Origin: a virus | Taxonomy: Duplodnaviria > Caudoviricetes | Virus record (IMG/VR): IMGVR_UViG_3300042904_000073 | Span: 83-64,082 of that record | DNA: 64,000 nt | Direction: 5' to 3' (one strand) | Shown here: piece by piece, positions 38,510 to 48,267 of the stretch | How positions within the stretch are numbered: the stretch's first letter is position 1 | Layout: the number at the start of each line of letters is the position of its first letter | Notes under the pieces: model-generated | The model's input: the letters and a program-made list of their open reading frames with translations, nothing else | Told to the model about the DNA's origin: nothing | The model's database searches: none | Position numbers and translations under genes: made by a program

Positions 38510-41500
38510 TTACTCGACCCATACGGTGCCGCCGTAACGCTTCACGGCAGCTAGGGCATCCTTGATGATCTGCGGGGAGAGAGCGGTGTTTAGGCCTTCC
38601 TCTTCCGGCTTACCGGCGACCCTGAACCGGGTTTCTACCGGGCCGGGCTTGCCCGCGAACACGAGCAGGGCTCGCTCGGCTACGGCTTCGTCTGGAGCGC
38701 ACACTACAATTACGGGGGCATGGCCCTCTGTGTTCACCTCTAGCGGCTGCAAGTCTTGCACCGCCATTTCGATCTGCGGGGCTCCGTCTTCGTCGCTCTG
38801 GTTCTCCTTCACCGAGAGCCGTCCCCGCACCACGACTATCCTATCACGCATCAACTGCGATTTGCAAGCGTTGTAAACCCTCGGGAACAACGTGATCGTC
38901 ACCTGGCCCGACAGGTCTTCCAGCGTGGCAGTCGCCATCTGCTGCTTGCTCTTGGTCTCTCGCAGCTTCACCTCGGTGATGATCCCGGTCACCGTGGCGT
39001 CGTCGGTGTCGCGCAGGTTGTCCAGGTCAGCAATCTGGTGAGTAGCCCGCTCGCGCATCCGATCTACCAGGTCGGCAAGAGGGTGTCCAGACACGTATAC
39101 ACCGAGTAGGTCCTTCTCCATCGCAAGTTGTTCGCGGTGCGTTAATTCCGGCACCGGATTAACCTTCACCTCGGCAAGCTCGGGAACAGCGCGACCCCTG
39201 GCCTTCGTCACTTCGTCCATAGAGCCGTCTAGCGCGGCCAAGAACTGGCCTCTGGCCCCCGGAAGGCAATCCAGTGCCCCGCAGCGGATCAGAGCCTCTA
39301 CGTGGCCTCTGGAGACGACTGTGCCAGCGTTCTTCAAGCAGACCCGGCGCAGGAAGTCTGTGAACGTGGTGAAGGGTCCATTCTCGCTGCGTTCCTTGAA
39401 CACGGCAGCCACGCAATCGTCTCCTACCCCCTTGACCGAGTTCAGACCCATCCGAATGACGTGTCCTTGCTCGTCAGTGTGGAGAGCGAACTCACCCTCG
39501 CTCTCGTTGACGCTCGGCGGCAGGATGCGCATTCCCATTCGCCGCACGTCGTTGACATAGAGTGCCAACTTCTCCTTCTTGTCCACGATGGAGTTCAGGT
39601 TCGCCGTCATGAATTCGTAGGGGAAGTTCGCCTTCAGGTAGGCCGTATGGTAAGCGAGCATACCGTAGGCCCCGGAGTGCGCCATGTTGAAGCCGTAGCT
39701 GGCGAAGTTGACCATCACCTCGTAAAGCTGCGTGGCGATACCTTCATCGACACCACGCTCTTTACAACCACCGAGAAAGTCGATCTTCAGTTTCTCAATG
39801 ACTTCCTTCTTCTTCTTCGCCATGCCCTTCATGGCGTTCTCCGCTGGCCCCGGCCCGAACCCAGCCAAGGCCATCGTGATCTTCATGATCTGCTCTTGGT
39901 AGAGGATGATCCCGTAGCTGTTGGAAAGGATTGGGGCAAGCTCGGGTAGTAGGTACTCCACTGGCTCGCGTCCATGCTTCCGATCCACGTAGGTCTTGAC
40001 CATCCCGGATTGCAGTGGCCCAGGACGATAGAGCGCAACCAGCGCAATAAGGTCCTCCAGCCGGTCGGGTCGCAGGTCTCGCAGGAGCCTTTGCATCCCA
40101 GAAGACTCGAACTGGAACACGCCGATGGACTCTCCTCGCTGGAGGATTCGGAAGGCAGCTTCATCGTCATGGGGAATGTCTCCGAGCTTCAGGGACAGGC
40201 CTCGCCGCCACCGAAGCAGGTTCAGGGTGCGGAACACCACGGACAGGTTGCGCAGGCCCAGGAAGTCCATCTTGACCAGGCCGACCTTCTCCGCGTCTTC
40301 CATGTCGTATTGAATGGCGACGTTCCCTTCCCTGGTCGCCATAAGCGGGGCGTATTCGATCACCGGATCGGTGGTAATGACCACCCCGGCCGCGTGAACC
40401 GAGGCGTGCCGAGACAGGCCTTCCACGCAACGTGCTGTGTCGATCAGGTGCTTGGTCGCTGGCTCGTTGTCGTAAGCCGCCTTCAGGTCGGGCACCTTCT
40501 CCAGTGCTTCTTCCAGCTTGATCCCTACCGGCTTGACCGGGATCATCTTGGCGATGCGCTCCACGGCAGGCAACGGCATGTCCAGCGCCCGGCCCGCGTC
40601 TTTAACCGAGCCCTTGGCTGCCATCGTGCCGAATGCCACGATCTGCGCTACATGGTCCTCGCCATACTTGTCTTTACAATACTGGAGAACCTCTTCTCGC
40701 CGGTCGTCCGCGAAGTCCAGATCAATGTCGGGCATCGACTTCCGATCCGGGTTCAAGAACCGCTCGAACATCAGCGAGTAACGCAGTGGGTCGATAGTGG
40801 TGAGACCAAGCAGGTAGCTCACGATAGACCCGGCCGCAGACCCTCTGGCCTGGCTCACGATCTGCTGGCCGCGAGCGAAGCGCACGAAGTCGTGGACGAT
40901 CAGGAAGTAGGACGAGAAGCCCTTGCTGGCGATGATGCCAAGCTCATACTTGATCCGGTCCTCGATCTGCTGCGTGTGCGCCGGGTAGCGCGTGCTGATC
41001 TGCTCGCGGACCAGCTTCTCCAGCCAGGTATCCGCAGTGTGACCTTCCGGCACGTCAAACCGGGGTAGGTGGTGCTTGCCGAACTCGAACTCGAAGTTGC
41101 ACCGCTCGGCGATCCACAGCGTGTTCTCGCAGGCGTCGGGATACTCGGCGAAGATGCGCTGCATGTCCTCTGTGGGACGCAGGAAGAAGTTGGGCGGGCC
41201 GTACTTCAGCCGGTTGGCGTCCCGCATCGTGCGGCCGGTCTGGATGCACAGCAACACCTCGTGCGGGTCCGCGTCCTGTTGACGCAGGTAGTGAACGTCG
41301 TTCGATGCGACCAGCGGCAGATTGAGATTGTTGGCGATCCGGCGCAGCCACGGGTTGCACGCTTCCTGCTCACGGAGTCCGTGGTTCTGCACTTCGATGA
41401 AGAAGTTGTCAGGCCCGAACAGTTCGGCCCAAGCGGCTGCCCGGTCCTCGGCTCGCTTATACTCCTGCTTTAGCAGCGTAGAGCAAATCTCACCTCCCAG

Positions 41501-41905
41501 GCAGGAACTTGTTGCAATCAGGCCGCTGCGGTACTGGCTGATAAGCTCCATGTCAACACGGGGCTTGTAGTAGAGCCCTTCCGTGAAGCCACGACTCACC
41601 AGCTTGACCAGGTTCTTGTAGCCCTCGACGTTCTTTGCCAAGAGCAGCATGTGATGGTAGCGGTTGTTGGTGCCCTTCTCGAACCGCGAGCCCGGCGCGA
41701 CGTACACCTCGCAGCCGATGATGGGCTTGACCCCATTAGTCACGCAGTCTTCGTAGAACTGGACCGCGTTGTACATCACTCCGTGGTCCGTGACCGCGAG
41801 CGCCGGTTGTCCGAACTCGGCAGCCTGCTTCGCCATGTCCTTCGACTTGCACATGCCGTCAAGCAGGCTGCCCTCGGTGTGGCAGTGTAGGTGAACGAAG
41901 CTCAT
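38510..41905 (-). CDS. dnaE: DNA polymerase III alpha subunit
   Basis: PHP motifs FVHLHCH and TDHG; RGSAAGS, PDIDLDF, HAAGVV, KMDFLGL; OB fold. Confidence 0.97.
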   Translation of the reverse strand: MSFVHLHCHTEGSLLDGMCKSKDMAKQAAEFGQPALAVTDHGVMYNAVQFYEDCVTNGVKPIIGCEVYVAPGSRFEKGTNNRYHHMLLLAKNVEGYKNLVKLVSRGFTEGLYYKPRVDMELISQYRSGLIATSSCLGGEICSTLLKQEYKRAEDRAAAWAELFGPDNFFIEVQNHGLREQEACNPWLRRIANNLNLPLVASNDVHYLRQQDADPHEVLLCIQTGRTMRDANRLKYGPPNFFLRPTEDMQRIFAEYPDACENTLWIAERCNFEFEFGKHHLPRFDVPEGHTADTWLEKLVREQISTRYPAHTQQIEDRIKYELGIIASKGFSSYFLIVHDFVRFARGQQIVSQARGSAAGSIVSYLLGLTTIDPLRYSLMFERFLNPDRKSMPDIDLDFADDRREEVLQYCKDKYGEDHVAQIVAFGTMAAKGSVKDAGRALDMPLPAVERIAKMIPVKPVGIKLEEALEKVPDLKAAYDNEPATKHLIDTARCVEGLSRHASVHAAGVVITTDPVIEYAPLMATREGNVAIQYDMEDAEKVGLVKMDFLGLRNLSVVFRTLNLLRWRRGLSLKLGDIPHDDEAAFRILQRGESIGVFQFESSGMQRLLRDLRPDRLEDLIALVALYRPGPLQSGMVKTYVDRKHGREPVEYLLPELAPILSNSYGIILYQEQIMKITMALAGFGPGPAENAMKGMAKKKKEVIEKLKIDFLGGCKERGVDEGIATQLYEVMVNFASYGFNMAHSGAYGMLAYHTAYLKANFPYEFMTANLNSIVDKKEKLALYVNDVRRMGMRILPPSVNESEGEFALHTDEQGHVIRMGLNSVKGVGDDCVAAVFKERSENGPFTTFTDFLRRVCLKNAGTVVSRGHVEALIRCGALDCLPGARGQFLAALDGSMDEVTKARGRAVPELAEVKVNPVPELTHREQLAMEKDLLGVYVSGHPLADLVDRMRERATHQIADLDNLRDTDDATVTGIITEVKLRETKSKQQMATATLEDLSGQVTITLFPRVYNACKSQLMRDRIVVVRGRLSVKENQSDEDGAPQIEMAVQDLQPLEVNTEGHAPVIVVCAPDEAVAERALLVFAGKPGPVETRFRVAGKPEEEGLNTALSPQIIKDALAAVKRYGGTVWVE

Positions 41906-42168
41906 GGAATGATCCTCTTTCCGGGTTCGCACCGATGCTGAAAAGCCCAATACCTCGTGTTGTGCGGCCGTTTATACGTCTTACTGAAATGCAGGCATCC
42001 GTCACACCAGGCGACGTATCCACCGTCTCGCTCTTTCAGGTAAACAGGCCCAGATAGCGCGACTGGCTCTGCATCAGAAAGAACTTCGCTCTGGATTACA
42101 ACTGTGCCTCCAGAGCCAGCGCGTATTTGGTCTATCTTGTAACGACGACCGCAGAGGAGTTTGTTCAT
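41902..42168 (-). CDS. Hypothetical protein (AT-richer)
   Basis: 4-nt overlaps with both neighbours. Confidence 0.55.
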   Translation of the reverse strand: MNKLLCGRRYKIDQIRAGSGGTVVIQSEVLSDAEPVALSGPVYLKERDGGYVAWCDGCLHFSKTYKRPHNTRYWAFQHRCEPGKRIIP

Positions 42169-42575
42169 CGCCGCCTCCGTTTCAGGTTCTCGTAACGTGT
42201 CGATACTTGCGCCGGTATGATCCCGGCATCTTCAATTAAGCTGCGAATTCCACTGCGACCGTGACCAGGTATAAACCACTCCAGGTCTTCGAGAGACGGG
42301 TCATTGGTCAGGATAAGCCAGCAGATTTCTTCTAATTGATACTGACTGAATGAATTACGGTTAAATTCGCGGTAGGAGACGAACCTACGAACCGGCCATC
42401 CCTTGTGGTTAAGCTGATCGTCGTAATAGACGACTTTCTGCTTGGAGCTACAGGCTAGAACGTCGTAAAGAGCGTAAAGCGCCTCTGCCTTACGGACGAG
42501 AACAGACTCTAGTTTCATCTGATCCTCTTCCCATTCGCTCCATTCTCTCTCGCCCCATTGCTCAACCACGGACAT
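42165..42575 (-). CDS. Hypothetical protein (AT-richer)
   Basis: GGAGG SD; in the operon. Confidence 0.6.
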   Translation of the reverse strand: MSVVEQWGEREWSEWEEDQMKLESVLVRKAEALYALYDVLACSSKQKVVYYDDQLNHKGWPVRRFVSYREFNRNSFSQYQLEEICWLILTNDPSLEDLEWFIPGHGRSGIRSLIEDAGIIPAQVSTRYENLKRRRR

Positions 42576-42578
42576 TAG

Positions 42579-42806
42579 TTAATCGCCTCCGGTTTCCACG
42601 TCTCTTAATGTTCTCGCGCACTGGAAGCAGCAAGATCGGCGCGGGTTATTGCGGCATCCGCACTTCGGGCACTTCTTGGTCGTCTGCTTATTCCAGGCCT
42701 CGTGTCCGTCAGGATTGCAGGTCTGGCAGCGCAGGTTGACCAAGACGGCTGCCTTGCCGCACTGAAGGCAGCCGCCGTTGGTGAGTGTGAGTCGGGAAGG
42801 CATCAT
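42579..42806 (-). CDS. Small double zinc-ribbon protein
   Basis: Four CxxC pairs. Confidence 0.6.
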   Translation of the reverse strand: MMPSRLTLTNGGCLQCGKAAVLVNLRCQTCNPDGHEAWNKQTTKKCPKCGCRNNPRRSCCFQCARTLRDVETGGD

Positions 42807-43156
42807 GGTCCACCTCCGAGGAACTTGTCCATAGAGGCAGCTTCGTGATCCGCTTCGTCCAGATCGGACGGCTGGAGAGGCCTCCATTCGTAGTTCCCGA
42901 GGTAGACTATCACGGTTCCACAGCCACCGCACTTGGCCCGGCTCTCATAGCCCGTGCCGACTGGCGGGGCTTTCGGTGCCCCGGTCACTCGGCAACGAGG
43001 CTGCAACGGCTTGTTGCACACCGGGCAGCGGCCGAAGGAAGGGGGAGCATCGCCCGGTGTCTCTTCCCGGCCAGTGTCATGGCCGATCCCGCCGAAGTCC
43101 TGGTCAGGACTGATCGTCGTATCGTATAACGGGCGCTCGATTACTTCTAATGGCAT
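42803..43156 (-). CDS. Zinc-ribbon hypothetical protein
   Basis: CPVC and CGGC; GGAGG SD. Confidence 0.6.
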   Translation of the reverse strand: MPLEVIERPLYDTTISPDQDFGGIGHDTGREETPGDAPPSFGRCPVCNKPLQPRCRVTGAPKAPPVGTGYESRAKCGGCGTVIVYLGNYEWRPLQPSDLDEADHEAASMDKFLGGGP

Positions 43157-43184
43157 CTTCTCACCTCCCTTCTCTGATGGTGTA

Positions 43185-43213
43185 AGTATAACGGCCTTGA
43201 ACACTAATGTCAA
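43185..43213 (-). promoter_or_regulatory. Sigma70-type promoter
   Basis: TTGACA-17-TATACT. Confidence 0.75.
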
Positions 43214-43251
43214 GGCCGTGTTTGTCCTTATTCAGTTGTCGCGGCTGCGGT

Positions 43252-43563
43252 TTAGCAACCGACTGCGCGGCCGTGCTGGAAGGGGCGGTTCCGGTTCTTC
43301 TCCATCTTCTTCTCGATCACGGCATCCATGTCGATTCCGCAGGCTCCGGCGATATGGAGAACACGGATCACTACGTCGGCCAACTCCTCGCCGAAGTTCT
43401 CCATGTCTCCGTCGCGCACGGCCTCGGCGGCTTCCGCTACCTCGGTCGTGACCAGCATGAGCTTTGCCAGTTGAGCCTCGGCGTCCGCTCCGTGGATCGT
43501 CGCCGGGCTGTTGAAGCCCTTCGACTGCATCACTTCTAGGATTTCATTTGCAAGCTCGTTCAA
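43252..43563 (-). CDS. MazG-like nucleotide pyrophosphohydrolase
   Basis: L..TEVAEA.EAVR...EELADV.IR...KMEKNR.RP..HG. Confidence 0.85.
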   Translation of the reverse strand: MNELANEILEVMQSKGFNSPATIHGADAEAQLAKLMLVTTEVAEAAEAVRDGDMENFGEELADVVIRVLHIAGACGIDMDAVIEKKMEKNRNRPFQHGRAVGC

Positions 43564-43573
43564 CGTCTTACTC

Positions 43574-44200
43574 CTATGCCGCAGGTTGCGGCTTCCTCGG
43601 GATGATCGGGTGTGGCCCGAGCAACTGCACGATGTAACGCGACGGCTGCGGACCTACCTGCTTGGTGTAGTGGCTACCCCGTGCCGCACCGTAGGGCACC
43701 TCGCACGGCTCACTCATTTCCTCGAAGGAGAACTGTGCGATGCACATGCCCGGCCAGATCGGCACCCCACACGGGAACACGCAGGCCACCTCCAGCGTCA
43801 CCTCGCACGGGTCGGCCTCTTCGGACGTGGCCCGGCCGAAGCCTGGGTCAAGGTAGCCCGCCGTAATGTGGACCAACAAACCCGTACGACCAAGCGTGCT
43901 TTTGCCTTCTACCCGGCCAACCATATCGTAGGGGATGGAGACCGTCTCCTTCGTGGTAGCCAGGATGAACTGCCCCGGATGGATCAAGAAAGGCTGCCCG
44001 TCCTCGACCCAGGAGCGACCGACTTCCACAGGATCGTCCTCTTCGTCCCTGGTGTAGACGATGAACTCATTGCCGAGCCGCACGTCCACAGAGGCGGGCT
44101 GTATCTGCTTGGCCGGGTCAGCCAGGTTGCCGATGTAGAGACGCCTGGAGAGGTCTCCGTCAGCCAGGCGTCTCTTGATCTGTCCGTCAGTGAGAGGCAT
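43574..44200 (-). CDS. dcd: dCTP deaminase
   Basis: QIQPASVDVRL, GKSTLGR.GL.VH.TAGYLDPGF, IAQ..F. Confidence 0.9.
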   Translation of the reverse strand: MPLTDGQIKRRLADGDLSRRLYIGNLADPAKQIQPASVDVRLGNEFIVYTRDEEDDPVEVGRSWVEDGQPFLIHPGQFILATTKETVSIPYDMVGRVEGKSTLGRTGLLVHITAGYLDPGFGRATSEEADPCEVTLEVACVFPCGVPIWPGMCIAQFSFEEMSEPCEVPYGAARGSHYTKQVGPQPSRYIVQLLGPHPIIPRKPQPAA

Positions 44201-44201
44201 T

Positions 44202-45383
44202 CTACTTCGTCCGCAGGTGGTAACCGAGCTTCACCTCGACCTTCGGAACCACGACCCCATCGGGGTTCTCTTCGGTGATGGCCCACTCGTCCTTCACCGG
44301 CTCACCTTCCCAGACGACGAGGGTTTCAGGTGCCCCCATTTCCTTCCACACCTGGCGTACAGCCTTGGTGTCGAGTGCAGGCGGGGGAGGCGGCGGCTGG
44401 ACTGCGAGCCCGAGCGCGATCAGCGGCACCAGGTTGTCAGTGTGATGTACCACGCAGGTGGGCTGGCTGTTTCGCTGAATTCGCACGGACCATTCCGGCG
44501 TGTCCAGCTTGGTCAGTCCTTCACCGCGCAGAAGCTCCATGATCCGCTTCTTGCCCGTGGTGATGGCGGATTCGTGGTAGTCGGCGATCCGCCTGATCCG
44601 ATCCGCTTCCTGCTTGGCTGCGTCCGCGATGATCTGCCGCTCGCGCATGTCGTAGATCAACCGGCCAATCTCACCGCCGAGCGGCCTGCCTTCCGGTCCC
44701 CAGATGCCGCCGTTGTCGGACTCCGCTGCCTGCTGGTCGAAGAGGACGAAGGGTCGCCCGTCTTCGTCGTGGTCCAGGTCCACCGTGACCGTAGGCGTCT
44801 CGATGGCGTCCTTGCCCATCGCGTTCATGGTGGTTGCCAGGTAGTCTTCCAACTGGTTCGCGGCCCGCTCCAAGCGGCGACCGTAGGCGACCTGGTTCTC
44901 GCCGAACGCAACACGGGCACGACCCCGTTGCCGAAGCTCGAAGATGGCGTGCGCGGTATGCTGGACCTTGACAACGAGGTCCATCTTCAGGCTGTCCAGA
45001 AGCTCGCGGATGGGCTCCGTCACCTCGCCTTCGGTCTCTTCCAGCATTTCGCCCAGAGCCTCGAACTCGGCCGGGAACTGGTAGAGCTTCAGGTCTATCT
45101 GCCGGGCGGCGGGCATCCCCGGCGCGAAGTGGTCCAACGCCGACAAGCTGGAACCGTCCAGGTCGCCGGGCTGCACCCAGGCTGCAACGGGGTTCTGGAC
45201 GCCCTCACCGACCAGCATCGTCATGCGCTCCGTGCCAGCCTGGCGCTCCACGTAGGCCGTGCCGGGGGTCTCGCGCACTCGCCGGATGGCGTCTTCCTCG
45301 TTGCCGTAGGTGGTCAGGACCTTCCCGGCGTCAGGGCTTGATCCGTCGCAGTTGTAAACGTCGTATACAAGCGGTTCACTCAT
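44202..45383 (-). CDS. Siphovirus Gp157-like protein with an apparently duplicated domain
   Basis: KLYQ...EF..L; two coiled-coil segments ending in IETP and LDTP; V.LGYHLR end. Confidence 0.6.
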   Translation of the reverse strand: MSEPLVYDVYNCDGSSPDAGKVLTTYGNEEDAIRRVRETPGTAYVERQAGTERMTMLVGEGVQNPVAAWVQPGDLDGSSLSALDHFAPGMPAARQIDLKLYQFPAEFEALGEMLEETEGEVTEPIRELLDSLKMDLVVKVQHTAHAIFELRQRGRARVAFGENQVAYGRRLERAANQLEDYLATTMNAMGKDAIETPTVTVDLDHDEDGRPFVLFDQQAAESDNGGIWGPEGRPLGGEIGRLIYDMRERQIIADAAKQEADRIRRIADYHESAITTGKKRIMELLRGEGLTKLDTPEWSVRIQRNSQPTCVVHHTDNLVPLIALGLAVQPPPPPPALDTKAVRQVWKEMGAPETLVVWEGEPVKDEWAITEENPDGVVVPKVEVKLGYHLRTK

Positions 45384-45627
45384 GGGTAACACTCTCCTCT
45401 CGGGCGGGACGCTTACTTCGCCTCGCCTTCTGAATACTACCGCCGTTGTCGCCCTTTGTCAAGAGCTTTCTCAAGCGGTCGATTTCCGCGAAGGCCGAGT
45501 TCAAGTCACCCTTCGCGTGGTTCTGGAAGTTGATGCGGTGCCCGTAGTTCGTCGGGCACCGCTCCAGGTCTACCAGGCGCTTCCGCGCAGCTTCCTCTCC
45601 GGGGTATACCCGAACCTTAACTGCCAT
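45376..45627 (-). CDS. Small hypothetical protein
   Basis: Overlaps the MTase stop; L.AEIDRLR motif. Confidence 0.45.
   Translation of the reverse strand: MAVKVRVYPGEEAARKRLVDLERCPTNYGHRINFQNHAKGDLNSAFAEIDRLRKLLTKGDNGGSIQKARRSKRPAREESVTHE
45434..45462 (-). promoter_or_regulatory. Sigma70-type promoter
   Basis: TTGACA-17-TAGTAT. Confidence 0.65.
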
Positions 45628-46963
45628 TGGCAACCCTCTTGAAAAACAGCACGTCTTCCCACTTCGCCGGGGCGATCCGACCCTGGAGCATGTGGTTGAC
45701 GTTGAAGAACGAGATTTCGCCGTAGGGCCGTTCGTCCCACTTGTCCCAGAACATGTGGTCGAGCTTCGCCTTGGGCTTGTCCGGTTTGGGAATGGTGACG
45801 CCGCGAGCCGCGAGTTCGGCCACCGTCTGCCACAGGTAGGCACGCCGGGCAGCAACCAGGGAGTAGCCCGCGTCCTGCATCAACTGGACGGTCAGCAGGT
45901 CCAGCCGCTTCAACTGCTGCTTCTTCACCGGGTTCTTGGTCACTAGCACCACGGTAGGGATCGAAGCACGCCACAGCGCCCGGTACACATCTCGGCACAT
46001 TGCCGAGTAACGCTCACCCTTTGCGTTGCCGATCTGCCCTTCCGTCGCCTCGCTGTAGCCGCCGTTCTTGCCGATACGGCTGGCAGCGTGCCGGTCGTGG
46101 AGCCGCTTGTCAGCCAGAGGCCCGGTCTTCACTTCGGGGTTCCCACCGGACTGTGCTTCGTAGGGCTGCGAGCCCACGGCAGCTACAGTATGACTGCCGT
46201 TGTATGTCCCTGTCAAGGCAGGATCACCGGCCCGCTTCGGGTCCCGGAAGAGACCGCCTTTCTTGGCCGGGTCGCCGCTTGCCAGGGTGTTCCAGTAGGG
46301 CGGCGAGCCGACCGCAGCGGCTTCCAGTTCGGCAAAGTCCTTGTCGATGTTGGCGAGGTCGATGTTGCCCGGCGACCACTGGTAGCCCTGCACCATCGCC
46401 TTGAACCAGTCGCCTTCCGGGTCACGCCCGTAAAGGCTGGAAGTCGGGTCCTGGGTCAGCTTACGCAGCCGCTCCTCGTTGGACTTGCCGATCACCCCTT
46501 TGCCGTAGGGCGGGCTGGTGACGGCCGCGAGCGCCTGCTCCAAGAACTGGTCGAAGACGCGGCTGTCACCCCGGTAAAGGTCCCACCGCAGAGGACGACC
46601 AAGCACGCGCTCGGCGTGCTGCTTGTTGGCGAACGCCATATCGTAGAAGGGCTGCTCCAGGTCGCAGGTCACGGCCCGGTTCCACTCGTGGAGCTTCAGC
46701 CACTCGATGGCCGTGGTGCCTCGCCCGCCGAACGGGTCGGCCAATACCCCGCCGATGGTCAGCAGGCGAGCGTCCAGAAGCTCCTTGATGATCCGCTGGC
46801 AGAGCAGTGGACTCATCTTGGCCGGGTGCTGCGTGCTTTCCGGCGTGTAGCATTCGCCCTTGGCGCGGTTCTTCGGGTACAGATCGAACCAGTCACCGAT
46901 AGGAGCAAGAGACGTGTCGAAGGGTTGCCGCTCCGCGATGGGCGGCATTGCAAGTGTTGTCAT
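45617..46963 (-). CDS. Amino-DNA methyltransferase (N4-C/N6-A) with three SPPY-like motifs
   Basis: HPAKM, DPFGGRGTT (motif I), GDSR, TSPPY, GSPPY, GSQPY. Confidence 0.8.
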   Translation of the reverse strand: MTTLAMPPIAERQPFDTSLAPIGDWFDLYPKNRAKGECYTPESTQHPAKMSPLLCQRIIKELLDARLLTIGGVLADPFGGRGTTAIEWLKLHEWNRAVTCDLEQPFYDMAFANKQHAERVLGRPLRWDLYRGDSRVFDQFLEQALAAVTSPPYGKGVIGKSNEERLRKLTQDPTSSLYGRDPEGDWFKAMVQGYQWSPGNIDLANIDKDFAELEAAAVGSPPYWNTLASGDPAKKGGLFRDPKRAGDPALTGTYNGSHTVAAVGSQPYEAQSGGNPEVKTGPLADKRLHDRHAASRIGKNGGYSEATEGQIGNAKGERYSAMCRDVYRALWRASIPTVVLVTKNPVKKQQLKRLDLLTVQLMQDAGYSLVAARRAYLWQTVAELAARGVTIPKPDKPKAKLDHMFWDKWDERPYGEISFFNVNHMLQGRIAPAKWEDVLFFKRVANGS

Positions 46964-46970
46964 GGGATAA

Positions 46971-47612
46971 CTACCTCGCGTGCCGGGATAGCTCCCAGGC
47001 TCGCCGTTCGATTAGGTGCAGCGCCTCGTTGACACGGGCGGCACGCTCGTTGCTTTGCAGGTGGACGACGTTGCGCCTGCCGTCCAGCATTCCCCGAACC
47101 AGCAGGTCGATCTGCTCTCGGAAGTAAGGCTTATCTTCCCGGCAGCCGTCAAGGTCGTTCGGGATATTCGGGGGCACGACCACGTAAATGCAGTCGATGC
47201 GGCCAAGCTGGCGCTGCACTACGTGGCGGCAGTGATCCAGGGTATCCCGTACCAGCGGATGGTCGCTGCGTCCCAGGTGCGCCACGGTGTAGGCGTAGAC
47301 CGAAACCGGGCTCCGGTCGGCGACTGCTGCGCCCACGGGCTCGTGCCGCTGGTGAGCCAGGTCCATGATCTGGCGCTGAACCTGCGCTATCTCCTGCGGG
47401 TCAAAGTCGCGGTAGCTGGCGTCAGCTTCCCACTCGTTGAACACCTCGCGCACCGGCTCTGCGATGGTGGGCAGGCCGAGGATGCGAGCCAGGGACTTCA
47501 GCAACGTGGACTTGCCCGTGCTGTGGGTCCCTTCCAGGATGATCTTGACCTGCTCACGCTTCAGGTGCCCGGCGAGCGCGGAGAAGTCATTGCCGCCTAC
47601 CATTGAGCCCAC
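46971..47612 (-). CDS. P-loop NMP kinase (AAA_28/NadR-like)
   Basis: EGTHSTGKSTL, E..R, ADRS.V...AY, DG.R. Confidence 0.8.
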   Translation of the reverse strand: MGSMVGGNDFSALAGHLKREQVKIILEGTHSTGKSTLLKSLARILGLPTIAEPVREVFNEWEADASYRDFDPQEIAQVQRQIMDLAHQRHEPVGAAVADRSPVSVYAYTVAHLGRSDHPLVRDTLDHCRHVVQRQLGRIDCIYVVVPPNIPNDLDGCREDKPYFREQIDLLVRGMLDGRRNVVHLQSNERAARVNEALHLIERRAWELSRHAR

Positions 47613-47992
47613 CTGCCAATCTCGCGGGTGGTGTCGGTGCCGGGGCGAACGACTTCGCGGGTGCCGGTGCCTTCGGGACGCTTCCGGTCCCGCGTCTCGC
47701 CTTCGCGGACTTCTTCGACCACGACTTCGCGGGTCTCGCGGGCATCCAGCGTCTCTTCGTCGGCGAGCGGCTGCATCCGCACATTGGAGGCCGGGTAGGC
47801 ATAGCAGAACCGGCGAGCATCGGGAGTGCCGGTCGCCAGGGCATCGGGCACCGCGTTCGGGTCCATCGGAGCCACGTAGACCATCCCGTGGACCGGACTG
47901 AAGATGGCGGACTTGTCGCGGTACTGCGAGGTTTCCACGCCGACGATGCCGAGAACTTGGATACGTGTTACTTGATTGATCGGCCGTTGCAT
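47597..47992 (-). CDS. Hypothetical protein
   Basis: AGGAG SD followed by the GTTATCCC motif. Confidence 0.65.
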   Translation of the reverse strand: MQRPINQVTRIQVLGIVGVETSQYRDKSAIFSPVHGMVYVAPMDPNAVPDALATGTPDARRFCYAYPASNVRMQPLADEETLDARETREVVVEEVREGETRDRKRPEGTGTREVVRPGTDTTREIGRWAQW

Positions 47993-48006
47993 CTGGGATA
48001 ACGCTC

Positions 48007-48267
48007 CTACGTTTGGAATGCGTCCGTCACTGCGGACTTGATCTTTCCGCTGGCCGTGTTCCGGTCAGCCTTACCTCTGATCGGTTCTGTCGTGAGCAGG
48101 CTTGCCAGGTAACCATTTTTGAATTCGGTCTCCCTGGTCGGAGGTTCCTCGGCGGGATCGAAATAGACCGTCGCCGTAGTCTCGTCCAAGTAGCCGGTCT
48201 TACCCTGACACCAGGCAGGCCCGCTCACGACTAGCACCAGCTTATACCAGGCCTTGGGGTCGGTCAT
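48007..48267 (-). CDS. Hypothetical protein
   Basis: ATGA overlap with the upstream gene. Confidence 0.5.
   Translation of the reverse strand: MTDPKAWYKLVLVVSGPAWCQGKTGYLDETTATVYFDPAEEPPTRETEFKNGYLASLLTTEPIRGKADRNTASGKIKSAVTDAFQT

Noticed and set aside
35581-41905. Inteins or introns in nrdJ and dnaE
   Set aside because: Lengths are normal, motifs are contiguous and no splicing motifs were seen
43252-47612. Base-hypermodification cluster (dZ, 7-deazaguanine or hmU)
   Set aside because: No PurZ, Que/DpdA or hydroxymethylase genes recognised; ordinary dTTP synthesis explains the genes
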